A stretch of DNA of 64,000 nt, taken from IMG/VR virus record IMGVR_UViG_3300042868_011620, positions 32,001 to 96,000 of that record; one strand, written 5' to 3'. Below are positions 20,476 to 31,376 of the stretch, in pieces; the stretch's first letter is position 1, and each line of letters opens with the position of its first letter. Made by a program: the position numbers and the translations under genes. The notes beneath the pieces are model-generated. The model was given only the letters and a program-made list of their open reading frames with translations. It was not told the DNA's origin and made no database searches. This stretch comes from a virus.

Positions 20476-21618
20476 TTATGCTAATCCAGAGACGATCTTA
20501 CCAACAAGGGCGCGAGTGTCAAGCACCATGCGACCTTCTTCAAGGCTACCAAAGTATCCAATCTTGTTCTGACGGATTGAGTACTGGTCATCAGCGATGA
20601 GGCTGAACTCAGAGCCTGTATCAGAGTCTGTAGCAACTGCGCGAATGAGAGACTCGCGACCACGATCAATACCGATGATGATTTCGTCATTAGCGCCATC
20701 AAATGCTCCGCTGATTGTGCTAGAAGCATTAAAGAAGCTTGTGGCTCCAGCAACGTTATCAAAGATGGTGTTAAAGCGCTGATTACGGCCAAGCTCATTA
20801 ATTTCCATGATTGAAACTCCATAAAACTCTGGAATACCAGCGCTGTTATAGATTGCTGTTCTCATGTCATCTGGAGCAGTAATGCCATCAGTAGGGGTTC
20901 CGCCAGCAGGACTTCCTTTTGTGTTGATAGGATTGTAAGCCATTGCGCGAAGCTCTTGAACAACTTCTGGGGAAACAATGATGTCGGTGATGCCACGGCC
21001 ACTGCGGCTCTCTGGAGTGCCTTTGAGCCATGATGTGTTGATTCTCTTGGCGAGAGTGAAGAGTTCGTTGAGGTCAGCCAAGAGGAAGCGCCCATTGCTT
21101 GTAGCGCGTTGAACGTGACGTTTACCGTTGGTTGTTGCTCCAGCCAAAGCTGCGAGAAGCAAGTTGGCAGAGGTTTTCTCTTGTTTGAAGAGAATTTCTT
21201 GAGCCATGCGAGTGAAGGTTTTGCTAATCACATCCATGCGACTCTTAGATGCATAACGCTTATCAAAGCTGAGTGCAGAGTCGAGGGAATAGGTAGCAAT
21301 TTTCATTTCGCTCACAGTTGGGAGCACTTGGTTCTGGGGAAGACCACCAGCAACGCTCTGACTGTAAACAGTGATATAATCTTCAGCAGAGATATCATAG
21401 TAGAGGTCGAGAGGAATGCTAGGATTATCATCCTTGTTGAACTGGAACACTGTAAACAAGTTACTAAGTGTTGGAGCGTTGTTGATAACTTCAGCTAAAA
21501 CTGGACCAATAAATTCAGCGAGAGCTGTTTGTGCTTCTGATGCAACAGCGCGGTTTTTTGAGGCCATAGCCTTGATTAACTCGATTTGCTCAGGAGTTCT
21601 TTTGAGTGTAATTTTCAT
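20476..21618 (-). CDS. major capsid protein
   Basis: 380 aa; portal-protease/scaffold-decoration-MCP gene order, biased codon usage, downstream terminator. Confidence 0.8.
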   Translation of the reverse strand: MKITLKRTPEQIELIKAMASKNRAVASEAQTALAEFIGPVLAEVINNAPTLSNLFTVFQFNKDDNPSIPLDLYYDISAEDYITVYSQSVAGGLPQNQVLPTVSEMKIATYSLDSALSFDKRYASKSRMDVISKTFTRMAQEILFKQEKTSANLLLAALAGATTNGKRHVQRATSNGRFLLADLNELFTLAKRINTSWLKGTPESRSGRGITDIIVSPEVVQELRAMAYNPINTKGSPAGGTPTDGITAPDDMRTAIYNSAGIPEFYGVSIMEINELGRNQRFNTIFDNVAGATSFFNASSTISGAFDGANDEIIIGIDRGRESLIRAVATDSDTGSEFSLIADDQYSIRQNKIGYFGSLEEGRMVLDTRALVGKIVSGLA

Positions 21619-21639
21619 TATATTTTAAAAGGGTTAAGA

Positions 21640-22275
21640 TTAGATTCCGAGAGCAATGATAGCGTATGCGCTAGTTCCTGTTCCTGCGAATTGATCGGGA
21701 ATTGATGTTGAAGGTGTACGAGATCCTGTTGCCATGACAAATGCCACGCGAGTAGGATCGGTGATTGCACAACCAGTGAGTTTTCCACTAACTCCACTAG
21801 GAAGCTTTAATCCACTACCAATACCAATAGCGCCAACATAAGCGGCATCAGTGATAGTGAAAAATCCTTTGCAAGCAACTGGAACAGCTTGTCCTGGAAG
21901 AACAGCTTGTAACTCAGCAGCTTTCTGAGGATAATAGAGAAGTTTTTCTCCATTTTCATCAGTTTTAGCAGTCTGATTAAGAGTGAGTCCAAGAAGAGAG
22001 TCTCCAGATGTTGCTGGTTTAACAGAGAGAGTGACTCTTGGATAGGAATTACTTCCAACAAAAGCATAGTCTGTTTTACCTAAATACGATGCATAAGTGT
22101 TATCAAATGTGATAGTATCAAGGTTTAAATTGCCAGAACTCATAGTAACGAAAACGCCAGCGTCTCCGTTAGTAGTTCCAGTTGTGCTTTCGCCAACATA
22201 TGCTGCATCAAGTGCAAACATGTTAATAACGTTAGATTCGTGATATTGTCTAAATGGTAAGATTCGGAGTGCCAT
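21640..22275 (-). CDS. capsid decoration/cement protein
   Basis: 211-aa small-residue-rich ORF between scaffold and MCP. Confidence 0.6.
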   Translation of the reverse strand: MALRILPFRQYHESNVINMFALDAAYVGESTTGTTNGDAGVFVTMSSGNLNLDTITFDNTYASYLGKTDYAFVGSNSYPRVTLSVKPATSGDSLLGLTLNQTAKTDENGEKLLYYPQKAAELQAVLPGQAVPVACKGFFTITDAAYVGAIGIGSGLKLPSGVSGKLTGCAITDPTRVAFVMATGSRTPSTSIPDQFAGTGTSAYAIIALGI

Positions 22276-22287
22276 ATATTTTTTTAA

Positions 22288-23871
22288 TTAGGAAATGATA
22301 ATGTTGTTACGGTTAAAAGCTGCTGCGAATTTATCGCGCAGAGATGGTTCGGAACGAGAAGATGTTTCATTTGAGCTAGAAATGCCAGCTTCAGAAGCTT
22401 CAGCATTTTCAATAGCATCAGGAATTGAATCAGACTCTTCTGGTTCTTTTTCAGCTTCTTTTTCTTCAGAAGCTTTTGATAATTTGAGTTTAGCGATTTT
22501 CTTTTCAACTTCAGCATCAATTTTGTCTTGAATGCTCTTGTCAATAGAAGCTTTAGCTTCTTTATTTTTGTGTTTCCACACAACTGCTAATTTGCCTTGG
22601 AATGAAGCGAAGCTCTCTTCTGTTTCATCCAAAGACTTGAGTTCTTGAACTAAAAATTGTCGATCTTCAGCATCTAATTCGTAGCTTTGATCAACAGTGT
22701 CCATGCGAGAATTGAATCGGGCTAAGCCCTCTTCAATTTTCTTAAAAGCTTCAAATTCAGCAAGCTTTTGACTGGAAACTTCAAGCTGTTCACGAATTTC
22801 AGCCATGGAAGCTTTGAGAGCTTCACGCTCAGCGGCCAATGCTTCTTTTTCTTTTGAAGCGGCAACCAAAGACTCTTTGTATTCAGCATCTTTCTGCTTG
22901 ATAGCATCAGCGAATGTGTTAGTCATATTAGCCACGGCTTCTTCGGAAAATTTCTTTTCCAAAAGAACATCTTTTAACTCTAAGAGAATTTTTTCTACTT
23001 CCATAGTCTTTATTTTTGTGTTATTTACAGCAAGAATTTTATCTTGTGAAATTTTAGATTTATTTTTTTCATTGAAGAGCGGATGCTTCATATTGAAAAT
23101 TGATTTTTTTTCTTGAACTGGAAACGCATTGAATTCGGATTGATCTGAGAACAAACCTTTGACATCTGCTGCTGGATTTGTTGTGAATCCAATTCCTAGT
23201 GGGAAAACTTCTCCTTTTAAAATGCGATAAACTTTAGAACCGTCACTCAATCTGCCAGGTCCGCCATAAGCTTTGAGTTTAGCTTTCATTTCTTCAAAGT
23301 GTTTTGGATTAGTGATTAATTCACAATCTGCGAAGTCCTCACCACCAACTGCAATTGTAAAATCATTAAAACCAATCTCCCAACTAGTAGAAATGTGTTG
23401 ATACATAGTATCAGTTGGATCTACTGATCTTTGAATCATGCTAGCAAAATCTTTGTTAGCATATTTATAAACAACAGCTCCCAAAGAAATGTTAAAAGCA
23501 TCTGTTCTAGATGCTACAGTGTCTAAGGAGATTAAAGCGCTGTCTTGACCATATTCGCTAAAGCCAGCAGAAACAATGTGTCCAACAATTTGACTCTTAT
23601 CATGCTCAATGTTCGTTGGTTTGTGAATAAAGTTTTTAACAACTTGAGATGCTGTAACAGCATCCATTCCATCGTCATTTTTATTAAATTTATTAACAAC
23701 AGCAGCATTAAATGCTACTCCCAACAAATCAATATTCTCAGAAAAATTAATTTCTTGAGGAATAAGAGGTTTTAAATTTTCAAGTGAAGCTTTAGAAATA
23801 AACGACTCGTCGCCCAATGCGCAAAAGCGAATTGGCGATGAAAATGAACTCGTATATTTATATTGCTTCAT
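22288..23871 (-). CDS. prohead protease-scaffold fusion
   Basis: N-terminal globular domain (NKNDDG, NIEHD, STSWE) plus long acidic coiled-coil C-terminus. Confidence 0.7.
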   Translation of the reverse strand: MKQYKYTSSFSSPIRFCALGDESFISKASLENLKPLIPQEINFSENIDLLGVAFNAAVVNKFNKNDDGMDAVTASQVVKNFIHKPTNIEHDKSQIVGHIVSAGFSEYGQDSALISLDTVASRTDAFNISLGAVVYKYANKDFASMIQRSVDPTDTMYQHISTSWEIGFNDFTIAVGGEDFADCELITNPKHFEEMKAKLKAYGGPGRLSDGSKVYRILKGEVFPLGIGFTTNPAADVKGLFSDQSEFNAFPVQEKKSIFNMKHPLFNEKNKSKISQDKILAVNNTKIKTMEVEKILLELKDVLLEKKFSEEAVANMTNTFADAIKQKDAEYKESLVAASKEKEALAAEREALKASMAEIREQLEVSSQKLAEFEAFKKIEEGLARFNSRMDTVDQSYELDAEDRQFLVQELKSLDETEESFASFQGKLAVVWKHKNKEAKASIDKSIQDKIDAEVEKKIAKLKLSKASEEKEAEKEPEESDSIPDAIENAEASEAGISSSNETSSRSEPSLRDKFAAAFNRNNIIIS

Positions 23872-23877
23872 TAATGA

Positions 23878-24270
23878 TTACTTTCCTTCTTCTGTTTTTT
23901 CCATTTCGTCACTCTCTTCATTTTCATGCTCATCAGAGTCATCTGGACTGTCCATTTTTTTCAAAATAGCTTTTTGAAGTGCAGGAGGAAGTTTCTTTTG
24001 GCCTGGAGTGAGTTCTCCAGAAGTGCTCTTTTCCATCATCATCTTTTTCATCTTGTCGAATTGCATAGCGCATGTAGACATGGTAGCCTCTTTGCTCATT
24101 CCAGCAGTGTTCACAAGATCTTCTTCATTTGCAGCGCAAAGACTCATAAAGCTCTTGTAAAGATACTCTTGCTTTGGTTTCATTTTAGAAAGAGAAATTT
24201 CATATTCTCCATTTTTAAATTCAACAGTTTTTTCTAATGGAACTTTGATGTCGCCTAAGTTAATTTTCAT
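23878..24270 (-). CDS. hypothetical head-module protein
   Basis: 130-aa ORF overlapping the portal stop. Confidence 0.6.
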   Translation of the reverse strand: MKINLGDIKVPLEKTVEFKNGEYEISLSKMKPKQEYLYKSFMSLCAANEEDLVNTAGMSKEATMSTCAMQFDKMKKMMMEKSTSGELTPGQKKLPPALQKAILKKMDSPDDSDEHENEESDEMEKTEEGK

Positions 24271-26245
24271 TGATTTGGTTTGAGTGGTAAAGGATTGCTG
24301 CGGATAAGTCGTCTTCTAGTTGATGCTCCGCCAAAATGGATAAGATTTCCTCTTTTGGTTGCAAAAGAGAAATTTGTTCAAAGTCGTTTACACAAGAACT
24401 AGCACAAGATGCCCAATTTTCTGCATCTTTAGAAACAATAACTTTCTCGCACAGTTGATCTAGGATGTTAGACTGCTGTTCTGAAAGAGTTTTAATTTTA
24501 AATTTCTTTTTGAGAGAGGCATCTGCCAAAGCTCTCATTTGCTCCATTTTTTTAATGGTAGAGTGAATGTTTTTAACAGAGTATTCAGCTTTAACAATGG
24601 GAATGCCAGTTGTTCCCTGTGGTCGTCCAGGCACTTTGTTAGTAGCATTGATTTTGCCGCCTTCTGGAGTTGGAGGAGCGATGAAAGGAATACCACCAAC
24701 GATAGGATTGTAGTATCCATCTTTTCTCTCGTTGATATAAGCAGACTGAGCTGGAGCAATGTCTTCTGGTTTTGGAAATTTGCCAGTTTGGAACATTTCC
24801 ATGCCTTGTTGAGGAGTGAGAATGCCAAGCTCCATTAAACGACTAGAAACTCTCATGAGTTGAGTTTGATCTCTAATGTCAATGTCTCTGAAGTGTGCTG
24901 TGGGATAAGATCTAAAGCCAAGATTTTTAGCTATGCGTTTAATCTCAACTTGCAAAAAGTCGTTCAAGAAAGCGTTGCGAGATTCTTTTAAACGATCAAC
25001 AAAAATCTGAGCTTTAACTTCTGTGGCACTATATTTTTCCTCGCCAACAATGATGTTTTGCAACCCTTGCTTAATGTCTTCATTTAACACTTTGTATTTT
25101 TCAGAACCAAGAACTTTGTTTAGATCTGGAAGAATAAAATCCGCTTTTGTAGTATAGTCTGAAACTAAAACTCTGCCAACACTCTCATTTCTAAACAAGC
25201 CTTGCATAGCTTGCAAATTATTAGCATTAATGCCGCCCTTGTCTGGATCTGTACCCATTGTAATGAGCAGAATAACATTCTCGACAGTGCGAGTAATTGC
25301 TTGATCCATTTTCTTCAACTCTAATTTAGCGTTGATGTCTTCTAACACTGAAAATCCAAATGGAACTGCAAACGGTTCGTAGTCTTGCTTTTTATAGAAT
25401 GAATAACTTAATTTAGATGGATCAAGTTCAATTTTCAAGCCATCCGTAAAGTAAGTTCCTATTTTAATCTGCTCTCTCACCTTTGGTGGTAGACCATTTA
25501 AAATATCTCTGTCCTCTTCAGTAACAGGAGTTTGAAGGCGAGAGAGTTCGTACTCTGAAAGAATTTTTTCGTAGAGTCCAACTGCAAAACTAGAGCTTCT
25601 CTTGGCAACAACGTCAAAAGGATTGAGTAAAATATATTTAACAGGAATAGAATTGTTAATTTTGGACACTTCGCCAAGTTGCTTTACTAAAAGAGCAAAA
25701 TCATCAGCTTTAAATTTGCCATCAACTCTGTACAAGAAAATATTTCCTCCTCTGTAATACTCTCTAAAGTACTGATCTTTCAAGTTCCAAATTTTAATGC
25801 GTTTAAACCACTCAGTGAAAAAATCACGACTCTTTTTATTTCCACCCTCTAAGTAAATTTCAGTATTGGCAAACTCAGACATAACGTCAATAGCATTGCG
25901 AAAAACAGAAACGTTAGCGTAAGCTTTTTGACACAATTCGATTGCTTCTCTAACATTAACTCCATCGATAGCATAATCATAAGGCAGCAATCCGTTGCGA
26001 ATGCTGCCGTAACGATCTAGTGTTGGAGCAAAGGCTGAAGCGTTCTTTCTGCTGCTAGTTACAGATGCTGCTTTGCGAGAGTAAGCTGCGTTGGATGAAG
26101 ATTTAAAAGAAGACTGTGAAACATAAAAAGGATCACCAGATAATTCTGGAGAAAAATTGCCCATTTGTGGTGGAATTGCCTCTACAGATGGTTTAGTAAA
26201 ATTAGACCAGTAATCAGACTTTTTAGTATATGCTCTTTTTTCCAT
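24260..26245 (-). CDS. portal protein
   Basis: 661 aa directly after TerL. Confidence 0.75.
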   Translation of the reverse strand: MEKRAYTKKSDYWSNFTKPSVEAIPPQMGNFSPELSGDPFYVSQSSFKSSSNAAYSRKAASVTSSRKNASAFAPTLDRYGSIRNGLLPYDYAIDGVNVREAIELCQKAYANVSVFRNAIDVMSEFANTEIYLEGGNKKSRDFFTEWFKRIKIWNLKDQYFREYYRGGNIFLYRVDGKFKADDFALLVKQLGEVSKINNSIPVKYILLNPFDVVAKRSSSFAVGLYEKILSEYELSRLQTPVTEEDRDILNGLPPKVREQIKIGTYFTDGLKIELDPSKLSYSFYKKQDYEPFAVPFGFSVLEDINAKLELKKMDQAITRTVENVILLITMGTDPDKGGINANNLQAMQGLFRNESVGRVLVSDYTTKADFILPDLNKVLGSEKYKVLNEDIKQGLQNIIVGEEKYSATEVKAQIFVDRLKESRNAFLNDFLQVEIKRIAKNLGFRSYPTAHFRDIDIRDQTQLMRVSSRLMELGILTPQQGMEMFQTGKFPKPEDIAPAQSAYINERKDGYYNPIVGGIPFIAPPTPEGGKINATNKVPGRPQGTTGIPIVKAEYSVKNIHSTIKKMEQMRALADASLKKKFKIKTLSEQQSNILDQLCEKVIVSKDAENWASCASSCVNDFEQISLLQPKEEILSILAEHQLEDDLSAAILYHSNQINEN

Positions 26246-26299
26246 ATTTTCATTTGGATTTACACTAAAATAGTAAAAGTCAACTTTAAAAGTTTAAAG

Positions 26300-29200
26300 T
26301 CAACAAATAAACATTGGTGTGAATCCAATTGGAGCAGCAGCAGCTTCTACTGCCATCATGTCATAATACATGTGCATCATCCAGTTACCCAACACTAAAG
26401 CAGAGTAAGAATCCTTTCGCGCTCTGTTTGCGCCTTTTTGTTTTTTTAGATTTGAGGGTAAATCAAAACTTTGAGTTCCTTGAGTAGAGGTTGTTACTTG
26501 CACAAGAGCGCATTGAACTTTGATTAGTTCAATCATGTCTTTCTGATGCTCAATAAAATCAATCAACTTAGCCCCAGACGATAAGTCCTCTTCAATTTTG
26601 CTATACTTGATATCATCAATGCTAATCTTAGCAGTTTTTTGCCTAGAATAGTCATCATCAATTGCCATGCCCGCGAACCAAATTCTTCTATGATCAAAAG
26701 AACCCTGAAGCAATTCATTAGCATATCTAATCCAAAAAGAACTAGGCTTTCTCAAGTGAACTATCCTTTTGGTTGTTAAATTGTATTGACTTCTAGCCTC
26801 GCGCAAAGATTTGTCGTAATCTGCTATATTGTCAAAATCAAAATCAAAAGTGTCTAGTTTTAAACCGTCTCTTTTAAAAACTTCGCTCTCATTACATGCG
26901 CTCAAAAATTGAACGCCTCCATTGTAGTCTCCCACAACAGCTATAATATTAAAATTACTTAATAAATAGTGAAAATACTCGATGTGCTTTTTCAAGTTGG
27001 TTCCTGCCATAGCATAAGAGTGAACCACGGTTCCTCCTTTTTTAGATGGATTTAATTTGATTAATTGAATGGCAAAATCATCTGATCCATCACTCTCTGA
27101 CCATGAAGGGTCAAAACTAGCAATGTATTCAGCTTTGGATTCTCCCATAATTTCTACACTTTGCCCCTCTCCATCAACTACTGTGCATAAAGCCATTTTA
27201 CTAACTTTAAAATACCCCGAACTGTCGTCTGTAAACACACTGCCAAATTCTCGCTCAAATTGAGACTGACTCATTGTGGCTTTTGCTTGGCTGAGCAAGT
27301 TTTGATCATACAATTGTTGAGGAGCGCAGTCGTAACTAAAATGCATGATCACTCTGTGAGCGCCATCTTGTCGATCTGGATGCATAATGAGTCTTTCGTA
27401 CTCTTGATACAACTTATATAAGTATTCAAACTTGTAGCTTGCTGATGACAAACCAATAATCTTATTGCTTGGCCAGCGATAGCGATCTTCTTCTATCATT
27501 TCTCCCTTGGCTATTAATTTGCTCTCTAAATCGTGAAGCTGCTGTCTTTCTGTGGGATTTTCCACCACAGATAAGAATGGAAGAATAACTTCATTCAAAA
27601 TCTTTTCGGGCATCAAAAGAAGCTCATCAATAATCATTCTTTGAAAGCGAAAACCTCTTAATTTTTCACCATCTCCCAGTGGCAAAGCAGTGATTCTGCT
27701 TCTTCCAATTTCAATAATCCATTCATCATTTGTTTTGGAAATTCTAGTGATGCATTGAGCTAAAAATCCAGCTTTTGGACTTCGAGAGATTTCTTCAATT
27801 TTTCTAAAAATCATTTTCGACTGACGAAATGATTTACTAATAATTCCAATGTGAACTCCTTGATTTAACGTCGCATCTAAGATGGCAAACACTGCTGTAG
27901 AGAAGCTTTTACTCATGCCGCGTGAATTATGATGCACAATGCCGTTGCCCACGTAATTCTCTTCGGAATCAACTGTAATGTCTACTGTGGAAGTTTCGAT
28001 GGAAGTTATAGTTTCAATTTTTGAAAAATAAATATTTTCATTTTTTAAAACTAAAAGAGCCTGTCTATCTTTTTCATCTAAAAATTTTGCTGATAAGGCA
28101 GAGTCTAAACACATGTCTTTTCCAAAGTTTCCTCTCTCTCCAAATAATTTTTGCCACGTTTTATATTTTTTCTTTAGATAAGTTCCTAAATTTGGTACTA
28201 AATTTATTTGATATTTTCTACTTGGAAGATTTAAAACTTCTAATAAATTATCTTGTTTATGATCTGAAATGAATCCAATTCTATCGCTAAATTTTTGATG
28301 TCCACTTTTAGGTATTTTTAAATCATAGTATGGAACATCTTTATGAGATCCGCTATATCTAATAGAAGATTCTACTCCAAAATTATTAAGGAGCATTTTC
28401 ACCTGCCTCAACAATTCAATAGATGTATTCTTTAATCCTAATTTAACTGTTTTTGAATTAGAGTATCTCTTGTCTTTTAAAATGCTGCAATATCCATCTG
28501 CACTAAAAATTCCGCTAATTAAAGCTGCCATTTTTTGCTCATTAATTTGCAAGATAGAATCTGGTATAATTTTATTTTTTGCTTTTAAGGATCTGTCGAA
28601 TCCAATAGATTTTAACCAATCAATTAAGTCTTTACTAGAAATTCCCATTTCTAAAAATCCATTATCAGCTCTTGAGCGGCAAATAATTTTATTTTTAGGA
28701 AAATACTCTTTAGCTTTAGCTATTGTCATGTCAATAACTTTAGAATCTTCGGAGCACCAATGCATAGTATAGTCATCAAAATATCCATCTCCAATCATGT
28801 ATCCTAATAAAAAATACCAATAATCACAATCTTCAATGTTCATCTTTGGAGAGTTCTCCACTAATTGAGCGTCTCCCCAACAGTTCATGCCAAGTTTAAT
28901 TGGTAAGAAATCTTCAGTACTTAAAGTTTCAATCTCTTTAAATTCTAAATCTAAAGTTAAACTATTATAAATTAAAGTTTTATGACCAAGCTTTGCCTTA
29001 AAAGAATCGCCAGAAAATGTTTTAATATATAATCCTTTTTCATTTGGAGCATTGAATTTTTTATCAGTAACTAGATTTAATTTATTTCTAGATCTTACTC
29101 GTTCTCCAACATTCACATCTTTAATTTTCTTGAAACCACTTTCTGTTAAAACGTATTCGTTTTCATCTAGACACCAAATGCCCAAAAAGTAATCAGAGTC

Positions 29201-29407
29201 CATCATCGCTTTAATAGCCATGTGTTGAAAAGGAAACAAAGAGACTCCTGTCATGAATTCGGAAGTGAACGAGGGATTTTCTTTTAAAAATTTATATAAT
29301 AAAATTTTAGATTTTCTCTCGTCAATAAATCCTTTGGTATTTAGAATTTCTTCATTAATTCCTCTGAATTTATTGTGTAGTTTTTGATGTCCAGCTTCCC
29401 AACTCAT
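26300..29407 (-). CDS. terL: terminase large subunit containing an intein
   Basis: Walker A-like SRGMSKS, LRGFRF..IIDE Walker B, C-terminal RNase H-like FDP..SDDFA..KDSYSA. Confidence 0.9.
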   Translation of the reverse strand: MSWEAGHQKLHNKFRGINEEILNTKGFIDERKSKILLYKFLKENPSFTSEFMTGVSLFPFQHMAIKAMMDSDYFLGIWCLDENEYVLTESGFKKIKDVNVGERVRSRNKLNLVTDKKFNAPNEKGLYIKTFSGDSFKAKLGHKTLIYNSLTLDLEFKEIETLSTEDFLPIKLGMNCWGDAQLVENSPKMNIEDCDYWYFLLGYMIGDGYFDDYTMHWCSEDSKVIDMTIAKAKEYFPKNKIICRSRADNGFLEMGISSKDLIDWLKSIGFDRSLKAKNKIIPDSILQINEQKMAALISGIFSADGYCSILKDKRYSNSKTVKLGLKNTSIELLRQVKMLLNNFGVESSIRYSGSHKDVPYYDLKIPKSGHQKFSDRIGFISDHKQDNLLEVLNLPSRKYQINLVPNLGTYLKKKYKTWQKLFGERGNFGKDMCLDSALSAKFLDEKDRQALLVLKNENIYFSKIETITSIETSTVDITVDSEENYVGNGIVHHNSRGMSKSFSTAVFAILDATLNQGVHIGIISKSFRQSKMIFRKIEEISRSPKAGFLAQCITRISKTNDEWIIEIGRSRITALPLGDGEKLRGFRFQRMIIDELLLMPEKILNEVILPFLSVVENPTERQQLHDLESKLIAKGEMIEEDRYRWPSNKIIGLSSASYKFEYLYKLYQEYERLIMHPDRQDGAHRVIMHFSYDCAPQQLYDQNLLSQAKATMSQSQFEREFGSVFTDDSSGYFKVSKMALCTVVDGEGQSVEIMGESKAEYIASFDPSWSESDGSDDFAIQLIKLNPSKKGGTVVHSYAMAGTNLKKHIEYFHYLLSNFNIIAVVGDYNGGVQFLSACNESEVFKRDGLKLDTFDFDFDNIADYDKSLREARSQYNLTTKRIVHLRKPSSFWIRYANELLQGSFDHRRIWFAGMAIDDDYSRQKTAKISIDDIKYSKIEEDLSSGAKLIDFIEHQKDMIELIKVQCALVQVTTSTQGTQSFDLPSNLKKQKGANRARKDSYSALVLGNWMMHMYYDMMAVEAAAAPIGFTPMFIC
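27926..29173 (-). mobile_element. intein with LAGLIDADG homing endonuclease (416 aa)
   Basis: Starts CLDENEYV, ends GIVHHN followed by Ser; LLGYMIGDG and ISGIFSADG motifs. Confidence 0.92.
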
Positions 29408-29413
29408 AATATT

Positions 29414-30340
29414 TTAATAATCTAATAGTCCAACGTTCAAATAATATTGAACATCAACATTTTTCATCACATCTCCTAAAACTAACAGTTTAGGAATTAA
29501 AAATTCGCTGCGTTTTCTACTGCCGCTAAAAACGAACTGACAGCAGTCGCCATACTCTTGCTGAACATCTCTAAGAGCGTGTAAAATAAATTTTAAATTT
29601 ATTTGTCTGCGTTTAAAGATGGTTAAGCTTTCTAATTTGTACAAATCTTCTTCAATCACGATGAACAAGAAACATCCTGCGCTTCTACAGCGCTCAAGTT
29701 CTTTTCTAAAGCGAGCATTTCCAGAAGATAAGGTTCCTGCCAAGTCTTCAATAGATTTTCGGTCTACATAGCAATATTTATAATAATCTCCAGAAACAGC
29801 ATAGTCTCCAGTGTCTAATTTTAACTTTTCAGAATTTTTAAACTCTAGCGGTTTCTGTTCTCTAGTGTCTATAAAAATTTTGACGCTTGAGAAATCATTA
29901 TGAAAACTGCGTGTAATTGAACTCGCGAACATAGGCTTAACGCCGCATTTTTCACATGCAGCAGAATAGCTTCCAAAATGTTTTTTATATAAACTAACAG
30001 GTGGGAGATTGGCAGAATATAATTCAATAGTACTTGGTCCATATTTTAATTCTTTTTTATCTATTCTATTCTTTAAAAGAGACAATATATATTCTGATAC
30101 GATTTCTGGAGGGGAAATTTCGCACCACTTTAATAATTGCTCATAATTGGAAAAATCTTTTTCAAAATATTCACTATAATTTTTAAAAGGAATAAGTTCG
30201 CCAGTTAATTTATTTTTGCGCCTATAGTGCTTGACATAATAATCTCCCAAAAGCATGTTGTGCTTTTTAACGTGAGCGTGCAAGCTTTTTAAAGCATCAA
30301 ACTCTGAATTGCATTCTTGACATTTAAAGCACATCTTCAA
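29414..30340 (-). CDS. C2H2 zinc finger plus ERCC4/XPF-like nuclease
   Basis: CQEC..HVKKH; IDTREQ, GDY, VDRKS..DL motifs. Confidence 0.8.
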   Translation of the reverse strand: MKMCFKCQECNSEFDALKSLHAHVKKHNMLLGDYYVKHYRRKNKLTGELIPFKNYSEYFEKDFSNYEQLLKWCEISPPEIVSEYILSLLKNRIDKKELKYGPSTIELYSANLPPVSLYKKHFGSYSAACEKCGVKPMFASSITRSFHNDFSSVKIFIDTREQKPLEFKNSEKLKLDTGDYAVSGDYYKYCYVDRKSIEDLAGTLSSGNARFRKELERCRSAGCFLFIVIEEDLYKLESLTIFKRRQINLKFILHALRDVQQEYGDCCQFVFSGSRKRSEFLIPKLLVLGDVMKNVDVQYYLNVGLLDY

Positions 30341-31376
30341 TTGAAATTCCTAAAACTCTAGCTTTCCAGTCAGCCATTCCTTCAATCTTTTCAGCCTCAT
30401 CTTTTACTAGTTGCCGCTGCATTTCAGCAATGCGAACCATGTTGACTCTCTCTTCCTCATCTTGAAAAAATTGAACCAGTGATAATATAGAAGAATTCTC
30501 TTTGTGGCGACTCTTCATTCGCTCAGATCGATCTCCTTGCAGTTTTTTTGTTAAGTTTTCAATGCGACTTTCGCATTGATGATATTCTGAGCTTTTAGCT
30601 TTGATGATTTCTGCTAGTCGAACAGTGATTTCGTCATTATCGCTGGCAAGATCAAAAGCGTCGTTTAGTTTGTTCAAATGCTTGCTAACAATTTCTAAGC
30701 TAATGATTTCTTTGCACACGTTCATGTACAAGTTTAGTTCATCAGATGTTAAATCTGGCTTGTCCCATGTTAAGCGAACAAATTCTTCTTCAAACAACAC
30801 TCTGTCTTCTTTGGAAGTGTAGTTATTAACAATTGTTAAAAAACGCGAATTGTTCAAGTTGATTCCCAAGCGATCTATGCAGATTTTGTGCTGTCGGTTG
30901 AGTTTTTCATCTTCTAGTGCGCTGCCAGTAGCATCGTTGATTTTTTTAACAATTCTTCCTGGTGATTTTGGCGCAATGTAGTTGCTTAGGGGAGTGTCAA
31001 CGTCAGAGCTGGGAGTGAAGTCTGGATTCTCTTCTCTAATCACATCTAGCACTCCTCTCTGCTCAATAGACAGTGCTCCCACATCTCGCAGTGGAAAGAT
31101 TAAGCGAGCAATTGCTAAGGAAGATAAGCCAGCGTTAGCATTTGCTAAGATAAACTTTCTTTGCTCTGGAGAAAAATCTAAAGGATCAGCTTTGTCTCGC
31201 TTTGTTGTTTTAAATTTGACTTTGCTGTTGATGAGATAAGATCTAACTAGTCTGCCCTCTTTGCTTCTGCCATCAAGACTGGGACTGTCGAATGCGAAAC
31301 GCACAATCTCATTCAAATCAGTGGTTGATTTGAGAATTTCTAAAATTCTAGCTTCTTGTTCGGGTAGTAGAGTCAT
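30324..31376 (-). CDS. hypothetical protein (possible terminase small subunit/DNA-binding)
   Basis: 350 aa with coiled-coil C-terminus, upstream of TerL. Confidence 0.5.
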   Translation of the reverse strand: MTLLPEQEARILEILKSTTDLNEIVRFAFDSPSLDGRSKEGRLVRSYLINSKVKFKTTKRDKADPLDFSPEQRKFILANANAGLSSLAIARLIFPLRDVGALSIEQRGVLDVIREENPDFTPSSDVDTPLSNYIAPKSPGRIVKKINDATGSALEDEKLNRQHKICIDRLGINLNNSRFLTIVNNYTSKEDRVLFEEEFVRLTWDKPDLTSDELNLYMNVCKEIISLEIVSKHLNKLNDAFDLASDNDEITVRLAEIIKAKSSEYHQCESRIENLTKKLQGDRSERMKSRHKENSSILSLVQFFQDEEERVNMVRIAEMQRQLVKDEAEKIEGMADWKARVLGISIEDVL

